Shown here piece by piece: positions 1 through 9,706 of a DNA stretch of 64,000 bases (position 1 is its first letter; each line of letters starts with the position of its first letter). The position numbers were made by a program, and so were the translations under genes. The notes under the pieces were generated by a model. It was not told the DNA's origin and did no database searches. It was given only the letters and a program-made list of their open reading frames with translations. The stretch comes from a virus (lineage: Duplodnaviria; Caudoviricetes), in IMG/VR virus record IMGVR_UViG_3300034062_006701. One strand, 5' to 3'.

Positions 1-2
1 AC

Positions 3-887
3 GTCGATGTCGGTAATATGGCCCCACCAAAAGCTGAGGCATATCTACGCAAGCTAATGACAAACTACTGGTCAAAGCGAACTTATGATGCTGACCAGGG
101 AGCTACAGTACAAAAATTTAACCCACAATCCATGTTGGATAGCTTCTGGTTTGCAAAGAGAGCAGGCTCAGAGGGTACATCTGTAACTCAACTTGCTGGT
201 GGTGCGAATCTCGGTGAATTAACAGATTTACTTTATTTTGTCAAGAAGCTATATAAATCCCTCAAAGTACCATCAACCCGTTTAAACCCCGATGATCCAT
301 ATAAAGACGGGGCTGATATCTTACGAGAAGAGTTAAAATTTGCTCGCTTCGTAATTCGTCAACAGCAAAGATTTGCTTCTGGTTTAAAGAATGGGTTCAT
401 AACACATCTCAAGCTTAAAGGCATTTATGAAGAGATGCGTTTAAGGGATACACATCTCGATATTACTTTTAATGTACCAACGAATTTTTACGAATTAAGA
501 GAGAATCAAAAATTCCAACTTAAAGCTGAAAACTTTAATAATATTACACAAAGTGACTTTGTATCAAAAACATACGCACAAAAACGATACCTCGGCTGGT
601 CAGACTCTGATATTATGGCTAATAGAGAGTTCCTTAGAAAGGATAGAGAGCTTATGTGGGAGCTTGATCAAATCACAAACAGTGGACCTGATTGGCGTGA
701 AGCAGGTGATTTAACAGGCGGTGCTGCAGGCGGTGAAGGTGTAGGCGGTAGCACGCCTGCTGGTACACCGCCAGCCTTTGGACCCGCTCCTACAGGCGGA
801 GCGGAAGAGCCGCCACCAGAAGCAGAGGCCCCTGTAGGAGCGGAAGCAGGTGCAGCTGCGCCTGGGGCTGAGGCACCTGCTGCTTAA
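3..887 (+). CDS. gp20: T4 gp20-like portal protein, C-terminal part (5'-truncated by window)
   Basis: Frame is open upstream of the ATG at 18 (VDVGNMAPPKAEAYL), resembling T4 gp20 IDVGNMP; also SMLDSFWF..R.GSEGT.VTQL.GG.NLG, DLLYF.KKLYKSLKVP..RL and an acidic Pro/Ala-rich tail. Confidence 0.93.
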   Translation, partial: VDVGNMAPPKAEAYLRKLMTNYWSKRTYDADQGATVQKFNPQSMLDSFWFAKRAGSEGTSVTQLAGGANLGELTDLLYFVKKLYKSLKVPSTRLNPDDPYKDGADILREELKFARFVIRQQQRFASGLKNGFITHLKLKGIYEEMRLRDTHLDITFNVPTNFYELRENQKFQLKAENFNNITQSDFVSKTYAQKRYLGWSDSDIMANREFLRKDRELMWELDQITNSGPDWREAGDLTGGAAGGEGVGGSTPAGTPPAFGPAPTGGAEEPPPEAEAPVGAEAGAAAPGAEAPAA

Positions 888-898
888 TAAATAACAGT

Positions 899-1978
899 AT
901 GGACTGCTCCGCTGTAACACCTGTATCTGCTTTTCAGAGCACAAATCTCTCGAGTAAAATCGATTCTTTTAGTAGACTAGGTGACCGTATTTCTCGCTCT
1001 CTTGGTGCGCCAATGGTAAATGTTGAAATTCATCGTGACCAGCTTTTTGAAAATATAGCTCAAGCTTGTGAATTGTATACATCATTTGCCGGGTATACAG
1101 AAGAATATCTTGTATTTGATTCAAACTTGTACATAGATGGTGTCGGTATAAAGCTTGATGATCTCTTCAGTATTACACCTTACTTTAAGCGAATCGATAA
1201 ACCAACACAAACTGTTTATGCAGTTACATCTGCTATTCCAGGTTCAGTGTTTAGTACATCAACTACCCTCTCTGGTGTTTATCCAAACGGCTTGTTCATT
1301 AATCAGCTCCTAACAACTACAGATTATTTGAGCGTAATGAATTTTAATAGTACACTTCTACAGTATCTTACACCCTCAAGTAACAGCCAAGAACAATATA
1401 TCAATAGCTTTGATTACGATGCAATGGAGTATAGAAAGGTTATTGATATCTTTGATTTCGAAGAAGGATCCTCAACAGGCATTAACACACTCTTTACAAT
1501 CGAGCAAACTTTAGCACAGCAAACATATTTTAGTTATGCTATGGGTAATTACGGGTTTGACCTTATTAGTTGGTATACACTGAAAAATTGGCTTGAGGTC
1601 AGAGAAAAAATGCTTGCAATAAGACGCCATTTTACGTTCGACCCGCGTACGCAACTTTTAACGTTCTATCCTCCACCGCGTACGCCTGGTTCTGGTAGTA
1701 GATTCTACGGTACTGTAGCATGTTATGTTGAAAGACCGTTACGTGACATTATTAAAGAACCTTGGGTGTTTCAATATGCTCTTGCCTTGAGTAAGATATC
1801 ACTTGGTAATAACCGCGGTAAGTACACAGGCACAGCACTCTTCGGTGGTGGTTCGATTAATTTTAACGATATATTATCTCAAGGTCTTGAAGAAAAGAAA
1901 ACACTTGAGGAAAGGCTCTACACAGGTGCTGCTCCTGGTCTCGGTAACACATCACCTGCTATGTTCTTCGTTGGATAA
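899..1978 (+). CDS. gp13: T4 gp13-like neck/head-tail connector protein
   Basis: R.LGAPMVNVEI..DQL.ENI..A.ELY at the N-terminus and WV.QYALAL.K..LG..RGKY.G..L.GGG.IN...I...G.EE at the C-terminus; lies between portal and gp4. Confidence 0.8.
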   Translation: MDCSAVTPVSAFQSTNLSSKIDSFSRLGDRISRSLGAPMVNVEIHRDQLFENIAQACELYTSFAGYTEEYLVFDSNLYIDGVGIKLDDLFSITPYFKRIDKPTQTVYAVTSAIPGSVFSTSTTLSGVYPNGLFINQLLTTTDYLSVMNFNSTLLQYLTPSSNSQEQYINSFDYDAMEYRKVIDIFDFEEGSSTGINTLFTIEQTLAQQTYFSYAMGNYGFDLISWYTLKNWLEVREKMLAIRRHFTFDPRTQLLTFYPPPRTPGSGSRFYGTVACYVERPLRDIIKEPWVFQYALALSKISLGNNRGKYTGTALFGGGSINFNDILSQGLEEKKTLEERLYTGAAPGLGNTSPAMFFVG

Positions 1979-2027
1979 TATTTGTTCCCACCTCTAAAAA
2001 AGTTTACTTCCCAACATAAATATATGT

Positions 2028-3002
2028 ATGAAAGTAAAATGTGCGATGTGTCAGGTAGAATTAAAAAACATTAGTGGCTTATCACATCACATACGTAATA
2101 AACACTCTCTGAACTCAAAGCAGTATTACGATCAATTCATTAAGACAAATAATGCAGGTTCTTGTGTTATTTGTAATAAACCAACATCGTGGAAGAGTCT
2201 GAGCGATGGTTATAAAACGACGTGTTCACATAGCTGTGGTGGAGTATTGCATCGACAACATTTAAAATTAGATGTGATAAAATACAAAAAATTTACTGAC
2301 ACTGTTGCAAAGAATACTAAAAACATATGGTCGTTAAGAGAAGGTAATGAGCAAAAACAACAAATTTCTAATAAAATAAGCAAAACGTTAAAGAAGCGAG
2401 CTAATAAAATGACCACCGAACAAAGACGTAAAACATTTGGATGGCTTAACAAATACACAGGTGTCGACAGACAGAGAGAAATAGACAAACTACTTAAAAC
2501 AGGTATACATGCATGGTGGAAGAATTGTACGCAAGAGCAACGAGAATATGTTCATCTGACAAGACGTGGTGAATACAGACATTGGCTACAGAAAAACAAA
2601 ACCACACTTACAGCTCATGAACACACAAGAGTCGAAATCCGACAAATGTTTAATAAATACATAACAGATTTATTAGCAAAAAAACAATTACGCTTTGACA
2701 ACTATTTACAATATCGCAAAGAAGTTGATAGGTTAAGCAATATAACATACACGAGATATAAAAACATTATTAACCCTGAAAATTTAAAGAGATCGACTCA
2801 TTCCTATCATCTTGACCATAAGGTAAGTGTATATGAGGGATTTATGTACAATATACCACCAGATATTATTTCTTCTGTCTGGAATTTACAAATGCTGTCT
2901 GCAAAAGACAACTACACAAAATCTCTTTATAGCTCGATTACTGTACATCAGTTACTAACTGAATTCAATCAAAAAAAACATGACATTGCCATTACCATCT
3001 AA
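2028..3002 (+). CDS. Free-standing HNH homing endonuclease with N-terminal zinc-finger motifs
   Basis: CxxC..HxxxxH and CxxC..CxxxC motifs; C-terminal HLDHKVS...NLQMLSAKDN..K HNH signature. Confidence 0.7.
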   Translation: MKVKCAMCQVELKNISGLSHHIRNKHSLNSKQYYDQFIKTNNAGSCVICNKPTSWKSLSDGYKTTCSHSCGGVLHRQHLKLDVIKYKKFTDTVAKNTKNIWSLREGNEQKQQISNKISKTLKKRANKMTTEQRRKTFGWLNKYTGVDRQREIDKLLKTGIHAWWKNCTQEQREYVHLTRRGEYRHWLQKNKTTLTAHEHTRVEIRQMFNKYITDLLAKKQLRFDNYLQYRKEVDRLSNITYTRYKNIINPENLKRSTHSYHLDHKVSVYEGFMYNIPPDIISSVWNLQMLSAKDNYTKSLYSSITVHQLLTEFNQKKHDIAITI

Positions 3003-3447
3003 CGGAAAAAAATTCAAACAAGGAATATTTAAACCAAAAAATTTAAAAAAATATATCGGTCAGCAACCTATACGTTATTTGAGCGCGTGGGAGTTAAAAT
3101 TTTTTCGCTGGGCAGATGAAAATTCAAATGTTGTAGAATGGGCGTCAGAATCAGTGATCATTCCATATGTAAGCCCGATGGATCATAAGGTGCATAGATA
3201 TTATACCGACGGTGTAGTTGCAGTAAGAGAGGGAGATGGTGTTATAAGAAAATATATCATAGAAATAAAACCGTCTGCACAAACAGTATTACCAGTAAAG
3301 GGTAAAAAAAGAATGTCAACCATGGTATATGAAACCGCTAGGTACGCACAAAATCAAGCAAAGTGGGAAGCTGCGAAAAAGTGGTGTGATAAGCATGGTT
3401 ACAAATTTCTTATCTTAACGGAAAAGGAACTTGGTATAGATAAATAA
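2980..3447 (+). CDS. gp4: T4 gp4-like head completion protein (TnsA-like nuclease fold)
   Basis: G.FKPKNLKKYIG, YLSAWELKFF.WAD.N..V..WASE...IPY, HRYY.D, IEIKP..QT, N.AKWEAA..WC...G..F.ILTE.EL. Confidence 0.92.
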   Translation: MTLPLPSNGKKFKQGIFKPKNLKKYIGQQPIRYLSAWELKFFRWADENSNVVEWASESVIIPYVSPMDHKVHRYYTDGVVAVREGDGVIRKYIIEIKPSAQTVLPVKGKKRMSTMVYETARYAQNQAKWEAAKKWCDKHGYKFLILTEKELGIDK

Positions 3448-3470
3448 CTACCTAGATAATAAATATCTTT

Positions 3471-4139
3471 ATGTCATTACGCCTACTAGTTGAAACACCT
3501 GCTTCTGAGGAACAATTCGAATATATCGAAGAACAAAAAAATATTAAGGGGCAGTCAGTAATGAAGATTCGTGGGCCGTATATGGCGTGTGAAGAGGTTA
3601 ATAAGAACAAACGAATTTATACAGAAAGCGACATGGCTAGAGAGGTTGACCGCTATGTACAGGAGATGGTTATACCAAAGCGTGCTCTTGGTGAGTTGAA
3701 TCACCCTGCCTCTGCAGAGGTTGATCTTGAAAGAGCCTGCCACATGGTAACTTCTCTTAGAAAGGATGGTAATATTATCTACGGTGAATCCGTTGTTCTT
3801 TCAACACCTGTTGGAATGATCGTCCGTTCACTCATTAACGACGGTGTCAAGGTGGGTATGTCAAGTCGCGCACTCGGGCAACTTGAAGAACAGTCCGATG
3901 GAATTAATCGTGTTAATGAAATGAGACTTATTGCTGTAGATTGTGTTGCAGACCCAAGCTGCCCAAAAGCTTTTGTAAACGGTATTCTCGAGAGTAAGCA
4001 ATTCGTTTTAGGTATAGACGGTAAACTCGAGGAATTTTACGATAAACTAGAATCAAATATTAAAAACCTGCCTCGTAGGGATGTTGAATCATTCCTAAAA
4101 GAGCAGATAATTTCTTTCTTCAGCTTTCTTAAAGGATGA
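3471..4139 (+). CDS. gp21: T4 gp21-like prohead maturation protease
   Basis: N.NKRIY, RALGELNHP (catalytic His), GV.VGMSSRALG (catalytic Ser), D.VADPS.P.AFV.GI.ES. Confidence 0.95.
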   Translation: MSLRLLVETPASEEQFEYIEEQKNIKGQSVMKIRGPYMACEEVNKNKRIYTESDMAREVDRYVQEMVIPKRALGELNHPASAEVDLERACHMVTSLRKDGNIIYGESVVLSTPVGMIVRSLINDGVKVGMSSRALGQLEEQSDGINRVNEMRLIAVDCVADPSCPKAFVNGILESKQFVLGIDGKLEEFYDKLESNIKNLPRRDVESFLKEQIISFFSFLKG

Positions 4140-4705
4140 AAACAAATAACATAAATGAAGCATTCCCCGTTATTGGTAGTACTACTATAGGTACTACTGC
4201 AACAGGCGGTCAACAGGATCCTCTTGCTGCTGCAACCGCGGCATACAACACTGCGATTAAAGCTAACGCTGCATTAGTCGCAGCAGGCAAGCAAGCGGAT
4301 CCAAAATACACAAAAGCTGCTCAGGACGCCCTCAATAAACTTCAAAAGGCTGCACAGGATGCTGGTAAGAAGCTCTCTATAACACCTCAGCCTTCAACTA
4401 TCGGTACACCTCAAGTAAAGGTACCAGGCCAGGCTGATGAAGAATTAGATACTGAGAGCCTAAATAATTCTATGGCAAACAAAAAGCTATCACCAAAGCA
4501 AAAAAAACTCGCCGCTGCGGCAGCTCCACATAACAAAATCACGGGTGCAGATTTTAAGGCTCTTAAAAAGGAAAGTGTTGAAATAGCTAACTTTTTAAAG
4601 GCAATTTCACAGAAAAATTATGCTAAGGCTGATAAATACTTACAGAACGTTGTTGAGTCGAAGCTTAAAGCTTCTATCAGTAAGGCGATCGAAAAATCAA
4701 AATAA
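4136..4705 (+). CDS. Hypothetical head-module protein (possible prohead core component)
   Basis: Overlaps the gp21 stop and precedes gp22; Ala/Lys-rich; no family recognised. Confidence 0.6.
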   Translation: MKTNNINEAFPVIGSTTIGTTATGGQQDPLAAATAAYNTAIKANAALVAAGKQADPKYTKAAQDALNKLQKAAQDAGKKLSITPQPSTIGTPQVKVPGQADEELDTESLNNSMANKKLSPKQKKLAAAAAPHNKITGADFKALKKESVEIANFLKAISQKNYAKADKYLQNVVESKLKASISKAIEKSK

Positions 4706-4710
4706 TCTTT

Positions 4711-5592
4711 ATGCAAAAAAATATTTCTGAACTTCTCAAAGCAGCAACAAAAGACATCCTCACAGAAGATGTTCTTAAGGAAATCGAAACAGCTTTCGAA
4801 ACTTCTGTTGAAGATAAGGTTAAGTTACATGTAGAAAAAGCTTTATCTGAACAAGACGAGGATTACGCTAATAAGCTCGAAACTTTAATCGAAGCTATTG
4901 ATACAGATCACACAGCAAAGCTTAACAAGGTTGTATCAGCTCTTGACGCCGATCGTGCTGAAAAACTTAAAACAATTGTTGAAAAATACGAGACAGCTCT
5001 TACAACTGAAGCTACTAAGTTTAAAAACACTTTAATTGACCAGGTAAGTAATTATTTGGAACTTTACATTGAGGAGAAGCTCCCAGTAGCTGAACTTCAA
5101 GAAGCCGTTAACAACAAAAGAGCAGCTGCAGTTCTCAATGAAATGCGCAACATGCTTTCTGTTGATATGGCCCTTGCTCAGGAGAGCATCCGTGATGCCG
5201 TTGTAGATGGCAAAACAAGAATTGATGAAGCTGGTAAACAGCTTGAAGCTGCTAATAAGCAGATTGCTACATTGACCGAGCAATTAAATACAGTTAATGC
5301 AAGCTTAGTACTTGAGAAGAAAGTTACTTCTCTCGACGAGCCTAAGAAGAAGTATATGAGAAAAATGCTTTCTTCGAAGTCCGCTAAGTTTATCGCAGAA
5401 AACTTTAATTACACACTCGGCCTTTATGAAAAATCTGAAGAAGAGCGGCTCAACAATCTTGTTACCGAAGCAGTGAGCGACACAGTTACATCAACTGTCG
5501 ATCGCCCAGTTATCGAGGAGTCCGTTGTGACGCCTCCAGCAAGTGAAGATAGTTCATTCAATCTTTACATGTCTGAGCTTCATAAGTACTAA
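4711..5592 (+). CDS. gp22: T4 gp22-like prohead core scaffold protein
   Basis: Acidic coiled coil (EIETAFETSVE, QVSNYLELYIEE); immediately upstream of the major capsid gene; ends Y.S.L. Confidence 0.85.
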   Translation: MQKNISELLKAATKDILTEDVLKEIETAFETSVEDKVKLHVEKALSEQDEDYANKLETLIEAIDTDHTAKLNKVVSALDADRAEKLKTIVEKYETALTTEATKFKNTLIDQVSNYLELYIEEKLPVAELQEAVNNKRAAAVLNEMRNMLSVDMALAQESIRDAVVDGKTRIDEAGKQLEAANKQIATLTEQLNTVNASLVLEKKVTSLDEPKKKYMRKMLSSKSAKFIAENFNYTLGLYEKSEEERLNNLVTEAVSDTVTSTVDRPVIEESVVTPPASEDSSFNLYMSELHKY

Positions 5593-5685
5593 TTTTTTCT
5601 TCTAAAGTATAGAAGATTTTGTTGTTGAGGGTAATATCCCTGAATAGATATATAAGGTCGACAAAAAGAAAGAAATTTTAAAACT

Positions 5686-7197
5686 ATGTCAAAACAAATC
5701 CGTCCCTCACAGTCTTACATCGACGAGAGAAGCGCAAAGACATTGCTTGAAAAGTGGGCTCCAGTATTGGATTACACTTCCAACAATGTAGGTGCGATCG
5801 AAGACGATCATACACGCCTTAACACAGCTATCCTCCTTGAAAACCAGGAGAAGTGGTGCTTTGAGGCTAGTAATCAGTCTGGTGGTCTTGGTGGTGTGTT
5901 CAATACCGGTAACGTCAGCAATGGCGCATTCGGTAACCAGTTCCCATCACAGAACGACAACGCATACGCCCCTGGCGATGCTCGTCTTCCTAAGATCCTC
6001 ATCCCGATGATCAGACGTACATTCCCTGAGTTGATCACCAACGAAATCGTTGGCGTTCAGCCTATGAGTGGCCCAGTCGGTCTTGCTTTTGCACTCCGTT
6101 ATAAGTACGAAGGTACCAATCTCGGTTATCAGTCTGGTTCTCTCGACGCTTCAAGTAGTACACAGTACAACTCAGCGAACAGAGTTCTCTCAGGTGGTAA
6201 TGCAGAACTTGGTTACCAATACCTCAACACAGCCTTCACCGGTGCTAGCTCTTCAGCTCTCTCCGGTCTTGGCGCAGGTTCAGCCTTCCCAATAGTTGAT
6301 CAAGATCGTGGTGTTGCAGCTCTCCTCAGCCAGTTTGAGCTTAGCAGTAACATTCCTCAGATCGTAGTTAGCTTCGAGAAGACAGCAGTTGAAGCCGGCA
6401 CCCGCCGTCTCGCAGCTCGCTGGTCTGTTGAGCTCGAACAGGATCTTAAGAACATGAATGGTATCGATATCGATACTGAGCTCACAAACGCTATGTCGTA
6501 TGAGCTTCAGGCCGAAATCGACCGTGAAATGATCATCAGAATGATTCAGACAGCCCTCAATGCCGGTTACGGTACTGGGTTCTCCGTCTGGTCACCTGCT
6601 TCAGCCGATGGTCGCTGGCTCGTTGAGCGTAATCGTGACTTCTATCAGAGACTCATCGTTGAGGCAAATCGTATTGCCGTACGTAACCGCCGTGGTTCAG
6701 CTAACTTCATCGTTGCTACACCTCGCGTTTGCGCTATCCTTGAGATGCTCCCTGAATTCCAGTGGGCACCTGTACAGGGGTCAGTCAATACACAGCCCGT
6801 TGGTGTTGCAAAGGTAGGCTCATTGGCCGGCCGTTTTAACGTTTACCGTGACACACGTACAGAGGCTCAGTTTGAAGCTTCCGCCGGAGGTAACTTCGGT
6901 GGTAACGGTGGTTTCCCAGGTGCGCCTGCGAATTCCACTCGCTCATCCCGCCTTGAGTACGCTCTCCTTGGTTACAAGGGTCCTGAGTTCTATGACACTG
7001 GTATCATCTACTGTCCTTACATCCCTGTAATGGTTCAGCGTACCATCGGTCCTAACGATTTCTCACCACGTGTTGGTCTCCTCACCCGTTACGGTGTGGT
7101 CGACAACATCTTCGGTGCGAATCTTTATTACCACGTCATCATCCTCCAGGGTCTCGGTACAGCGTTTACGCCTGCTACTCAGAGTGTATATTTTTAA
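5686..7197 (+). CDS. gp23: T4 gp23-like major capsid protein
   Basis: LLEKWAPVLD, LLENQE, LI.MIRR.FP.LI...IVGVQPMSGPVGL.FALR, RRL.A.WS.EL.QDL, EIDRE.I, PY.P..V.R..GP.DF.PR.G..TRYG. Confidence 0.98.
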   Translation: MSKQIRPSQSYIDERSAKTLLEKWAPVLDYTSNNVGAIEDDHTRLNTAILLENQEKWCFEASNQSGGLGGVFNTGNVSNGAFGNQFPSQNDNAYAPGDARLPKILIPMIRRTFPELITNEIVGVQPMSGPVGLAFALRYKYEGTNLGYQSGSLDASSSTQYNSANRVLSGGNAELGYQYLNTAFTGASSSALSGLGAGSAFPIVDQDRGVAALLSQFELSSNIPQIVVSFEKTAVEAGTRRLAARWSVELEQDLKNMNGIDIDTELTNAMSYELQAEIDREMIIRMIQTALNAGYGTGFSVWSPASADGRWLVERNRDFYQRLIVEANRIAVRNRRGSANFIVATPRVCAILEMLPEFQWAPVQGSVNTQPVGVAKVGSLAGRFNVYRDTRTEAQFEASAGGNFGGNGGFPGAPANSTRSSRLEYALLGYKGPEFYDTGIIYCPYIPVMVQRTIGPNDFSPRVGLLTRYGVVDNIFGANLYYHVIILQGLGTAFTPATQSVYF

Positions 7198-7227
7198 TAA
7201 AAGTATACAGATCGAAAGATCAAAAAG

Positions 7228-7260
7228 AAAACCCGGTCGAGAGACCGGGTTTTCCCTTTT
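7228..7260 (+). terminator. Rho-independent terminator after gp23
   Basis: aaacccggtc-gaga-gaccgggttt stem followed by a T-rich tract. Confidence 0.85.
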
Positions 7261-7301
7261 AATGGTCAAATATTTTATACATAGAGAATAAATAATAATA
7301 T

Positions 7302-7805
7302 ATGCCTTACGAAACAACTTTAAACGTACCTGTTCAAATTAGTAGTGTTAATTCATCCACTGTAACTAGTGCAGGTTATGCAGCAACGCTTAAGCTTGCA
7401 ATAAGCGGTACAACTCTCGGTGATAAATATCCCGATGAAGTATGTACATTAACATTAAGATTAAGTGCTAACAGCGATGGTGTATCACTAAGTGCTAGTG
7501 AAACTAGCAGTATTCTTTTAAGCTTAAGTTCACCGACAGTACTGCCTACACCACAAGTATGGCCCGGTGTTGTAGCATCTTCAACATTTAGACCAAGCAC
7601 AAGCGCTACTGTAACTATTACATTCCCGCAAGTAAGAAGTCTTCTTACAACAAATATTAGTCTCTCAGCTGGTACATCAACAGTTGTTGACCCTGTAGGA
7701 CCTAATGCACTTGACAATTTCTTCTACCTCACGGGTAGTCCTGATTCAAATTATCAAGTACGTACAACCGGTGGTCATTCCAGCTTACAGAGCTACCTCG
7801 GTTAA
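7302..7805 (+). CDS. Hypothetical late protein (Ser/Thr-rich, possible capsid decoration)
   Basis: AATAAATA late-promoter-like motif at 7287-7294; own terminator; beta-rich composition. Confidence 0.6.
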   Translation: MPYETTLNVPVQISSVNSSTVTSAGYAATLKLAISGTTLGDKYPDEVCTLTLRLSANSDGVSLSASETSSILLSLSSPTVLPTPQVWPGVVASSTFRPSTSATVTITFPQVRSLLTTNISLSAGTSTVVDPVGPNALDNFFYLTGSPDSNYQVRTTGGHSSLQSYLG

Positions 7806-7828
7806 TATTACGTAATATAAATTAAAAG

Positions 7829-7860
7829 AAAAGAGCCGTCCTTAGGACGGCTCTTTTTTT
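7829..7860. terminator. Bidirectional Rho-independent terminator
   Basis: A-tract, gagccgtcc-tta-ggacggctc, T-tract; lies between convergent genes. Confidence 0.88.
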
Positions 7861-7883
7861 GTTACAACAACTAACGAACTAAA

Positions 7884-8792
7884 TTATTGACCCATTGCCT
7901 TTTCTGTGTAAACGTTTATATCCTTTAAAAGCTTCGGTAATAAATGCTTATTTGATGCACGGGATGGATTGATGTCTAACGATCCACGTCTTGAATAAAG
8001 AAGAGTAACAACACAATCTACAACCTCTTCATGTTCCATAATACTAGTAAGAAGCTTTTCTGCGCAAAATTCATGAAACTCATTAACCTCACGCAATGAA
8101 ACAATTTGCTTGAATAGTGATATTGGATCGACAGATGTACCCTTAGTAATAATATTAATATAAGCAGCTCCTGTGTCCTTCTGCTTAGTATGACGGCATC
8201 GTGATCTCAGTGCGTTAGTAAAGTATTTGTTATCACAAAGCGTACCACCGTCTGGTCGACTAATAAACTTAAGATGATTCTCTTTAGCACTATAATCTGT
8301 AATTTCAACATTACTTGTTTTATTTACAATATCATATAGATCGGTATAATCATTAAGAGGGAAAAGACCAACAGAACCTGATTTAAAAAACTTTACTTTA
8401 ACTTCCTTGCCAATAGCGTTTGTGAGATCTGTTGTAATTTGGTTCTCGTAATTTTTAATAGCTTCTTCAACGCTATCACCCATCTTACACATATCGAAAG
8501 AATTCATATAAAGTTTAGCAGACTTTGACTCCACCATAAACTCTGAATCAGCAGGGTATACAAACTTAACCGTACCTGCAACCGGTACACCGTTATTAAG
8601 AAGGAAGGTAGCCTCATGACAGTGCCAGGTATCAAACCCTACAAACATATCATCTTTTATTCCCCATCCGTCTCGAGCAAGGTGCCGAGGCATAGGGTTG
8701 AGAAGCGAAGGATCAAACTGTTCGGTATACACAGCATACGATGCTGATGATCCGAGTGTTTTTGAGGCAATATCGGTTAGGTTTGTTGACAT
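7884..8792 (-). CDS. queF: QueF, NADPH-dependent 7-cyano-7-deazaguanine reductase (bimodular, E. coli YqcD type)
   Basis: Y..QFDP.LL.P.PR, G.D.W, VESKS.KLY.NSF, LRSRCRHTKQKDTG (catalytic Cys/Asp positions), FHE.CAE, YSRRGSLDINP.R. Confidence 0.92.
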   Translation of the reverse strand: MSTNLTDIASKTLGSSASYAVYTEQFDPSLLNPMPRHLARDGWGIKDDMFVGFDTWHCHEATFLLNNGVPVAGTVKFVYPADSEFMVESKSAKLYMNSFDMCKMGDSVEEAIKNYENQITTDLTNAIGKEVKVKFFKSGSVGLFPLNDYTDLYDIVNKTSNVEITDYSAKENHLKFISRPDGGTLCDNKYFTNALRSRCRHTKQKDTGAAYINIITKGTSVDPISLFKQIVSLREVNEFHEFCAEKLLTSIMEHEEVVDCVVTLLYSRRGSLDINPSRASNKHLLPKLLKDINVYTEKAMGQ

Positions 8793-9343
8793 AATATTAG
8801 TTTAATCTGTTCCATTCGTTCTTCAACTGTTCCTTTTACTCGAACGACTTTATTTTGTAAAACACTTCCGTAAGTAGCACTATGTATTACTTCCTCGAAA
8901 ACTTCAATCATCCTGTTTCTAAAGTCAATGTCAATACTTCTCTCACCATCATCGACTAATTCAACATCATACGGATCTGGATATATGATATAATCAAGTT
9001 TATCAATTAGCTTAAAGTACACCCCTTTAGCGTAATCCATAACCCACTTAGACACCTTATCCTCTAAGTGCAAATACCCTGTATAACACAACCCGTCAAG
9101 AATACAGCGATCAAGTATTAACCCTTGTTTTTCGTAAGATATAAGACTATTCTCAATGTGTTTATTAATAATCAAACACTGAGTAATATCATTACCAGCT
9201 TCGTTAATCTGTACACCGAACTGACGTTTAACAAGTCTCGTCACTTCATCAACAAAGTCAAATTTATCAGCATACAGCTCGTTACAAGCTTTTAATAGCG
9301 TCGTCTTACCTATACACTGCGGTCCTGTAAAGCTTACAATCAT
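8777..9343 (-). CDS. P-loop (deoxy)nucleoside monophosphate kinase-like / AAA_28 protein
   Basis: N-terminal Walker A (FTGPQCIGKTT), LILDRCILD motif, DDGER lid motif. Confidence 0.75.
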   Translation of the reverse strand: MIVSFTGPQCIGKTTLLKACNELYADKFDFVDEVTRLVKRQFGVQINEAGNDITQCLIINKHIENSLISYEKQGLILDRCILDGLCYTGYLHLEDKVSKWVMDYAKGVYFKLIDKLDYIIYPDPYDVELVDDGERSIDIDFRNRMIEVFEEVIHSATYGSVLQNKVVRVKGTVEERMEQIKLILCQQT

Positions 9344-9358
9344 ATTACAATTGTACCG

Positions 9359-9706
9359 TCACTTCGCCCATTTTCCACGATTAACGATTTCAGCAATAAT
9401 ACTATAAACAGCAGTATCAAGAAAGGCATCGAATACAGATTCATTAGCTGACTCTAGACTGTTCTTTCTAAGAACAAGGTTAATCAATCGCTGTAGCTTG
9501 TCATTAAGACGAACAACAATAGCTGAAATCGATGCTTTACGCTCTTCAGCAGTATTCAAGGATGATCCAAGTGAGATATTGCCCGGACCGTAATCAAATT
9601 GTTTCTTACAAAACGTAAGATAGTGTTCATGCTGAATTTGTTTAAATTCAGCACAAGTCTGCGGGTACTGTGTTTCAATTGCTTTTACTATTTCTTCTAT
9701 GCTCAT
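9359..9706 (-). CDS. DUF1599 / nucleotide-modification-associated domain protein (MazG-like all-alpha fold)
   Basis: KKQFDYGPGNI, VRLNDKL.RL.NL and ESVFDAFLDTAVYSII match the DUF1599 pattern. Confidence 0.75.
   Translation of the reverse strand: MSIEEIVKAIETQYPQTCAEFKQIQHEHYLTFCKKQFDYGPGNISLGSSLNTAEERKASISAIVVRLNDKLQRLINLVLRKNSLESANESVFDAFLDTAVYSIIAEIVNRGKWAK

Noticed and set aside
5792-7317. Alternate-frame and antisense ORFs within gp23 and gp5
   Set aside because: By-products of biased codon usage in long conserved genes.
7884-8792. QueF-like amidinotransferase (archaeosine, dG+) instead of a reductase
   Set aside because: The protein has the full bimodular QueF layout with both T-fold halves, and a formyltransferase needing the preQ1 amine is adjacent; not excluded experimentally.
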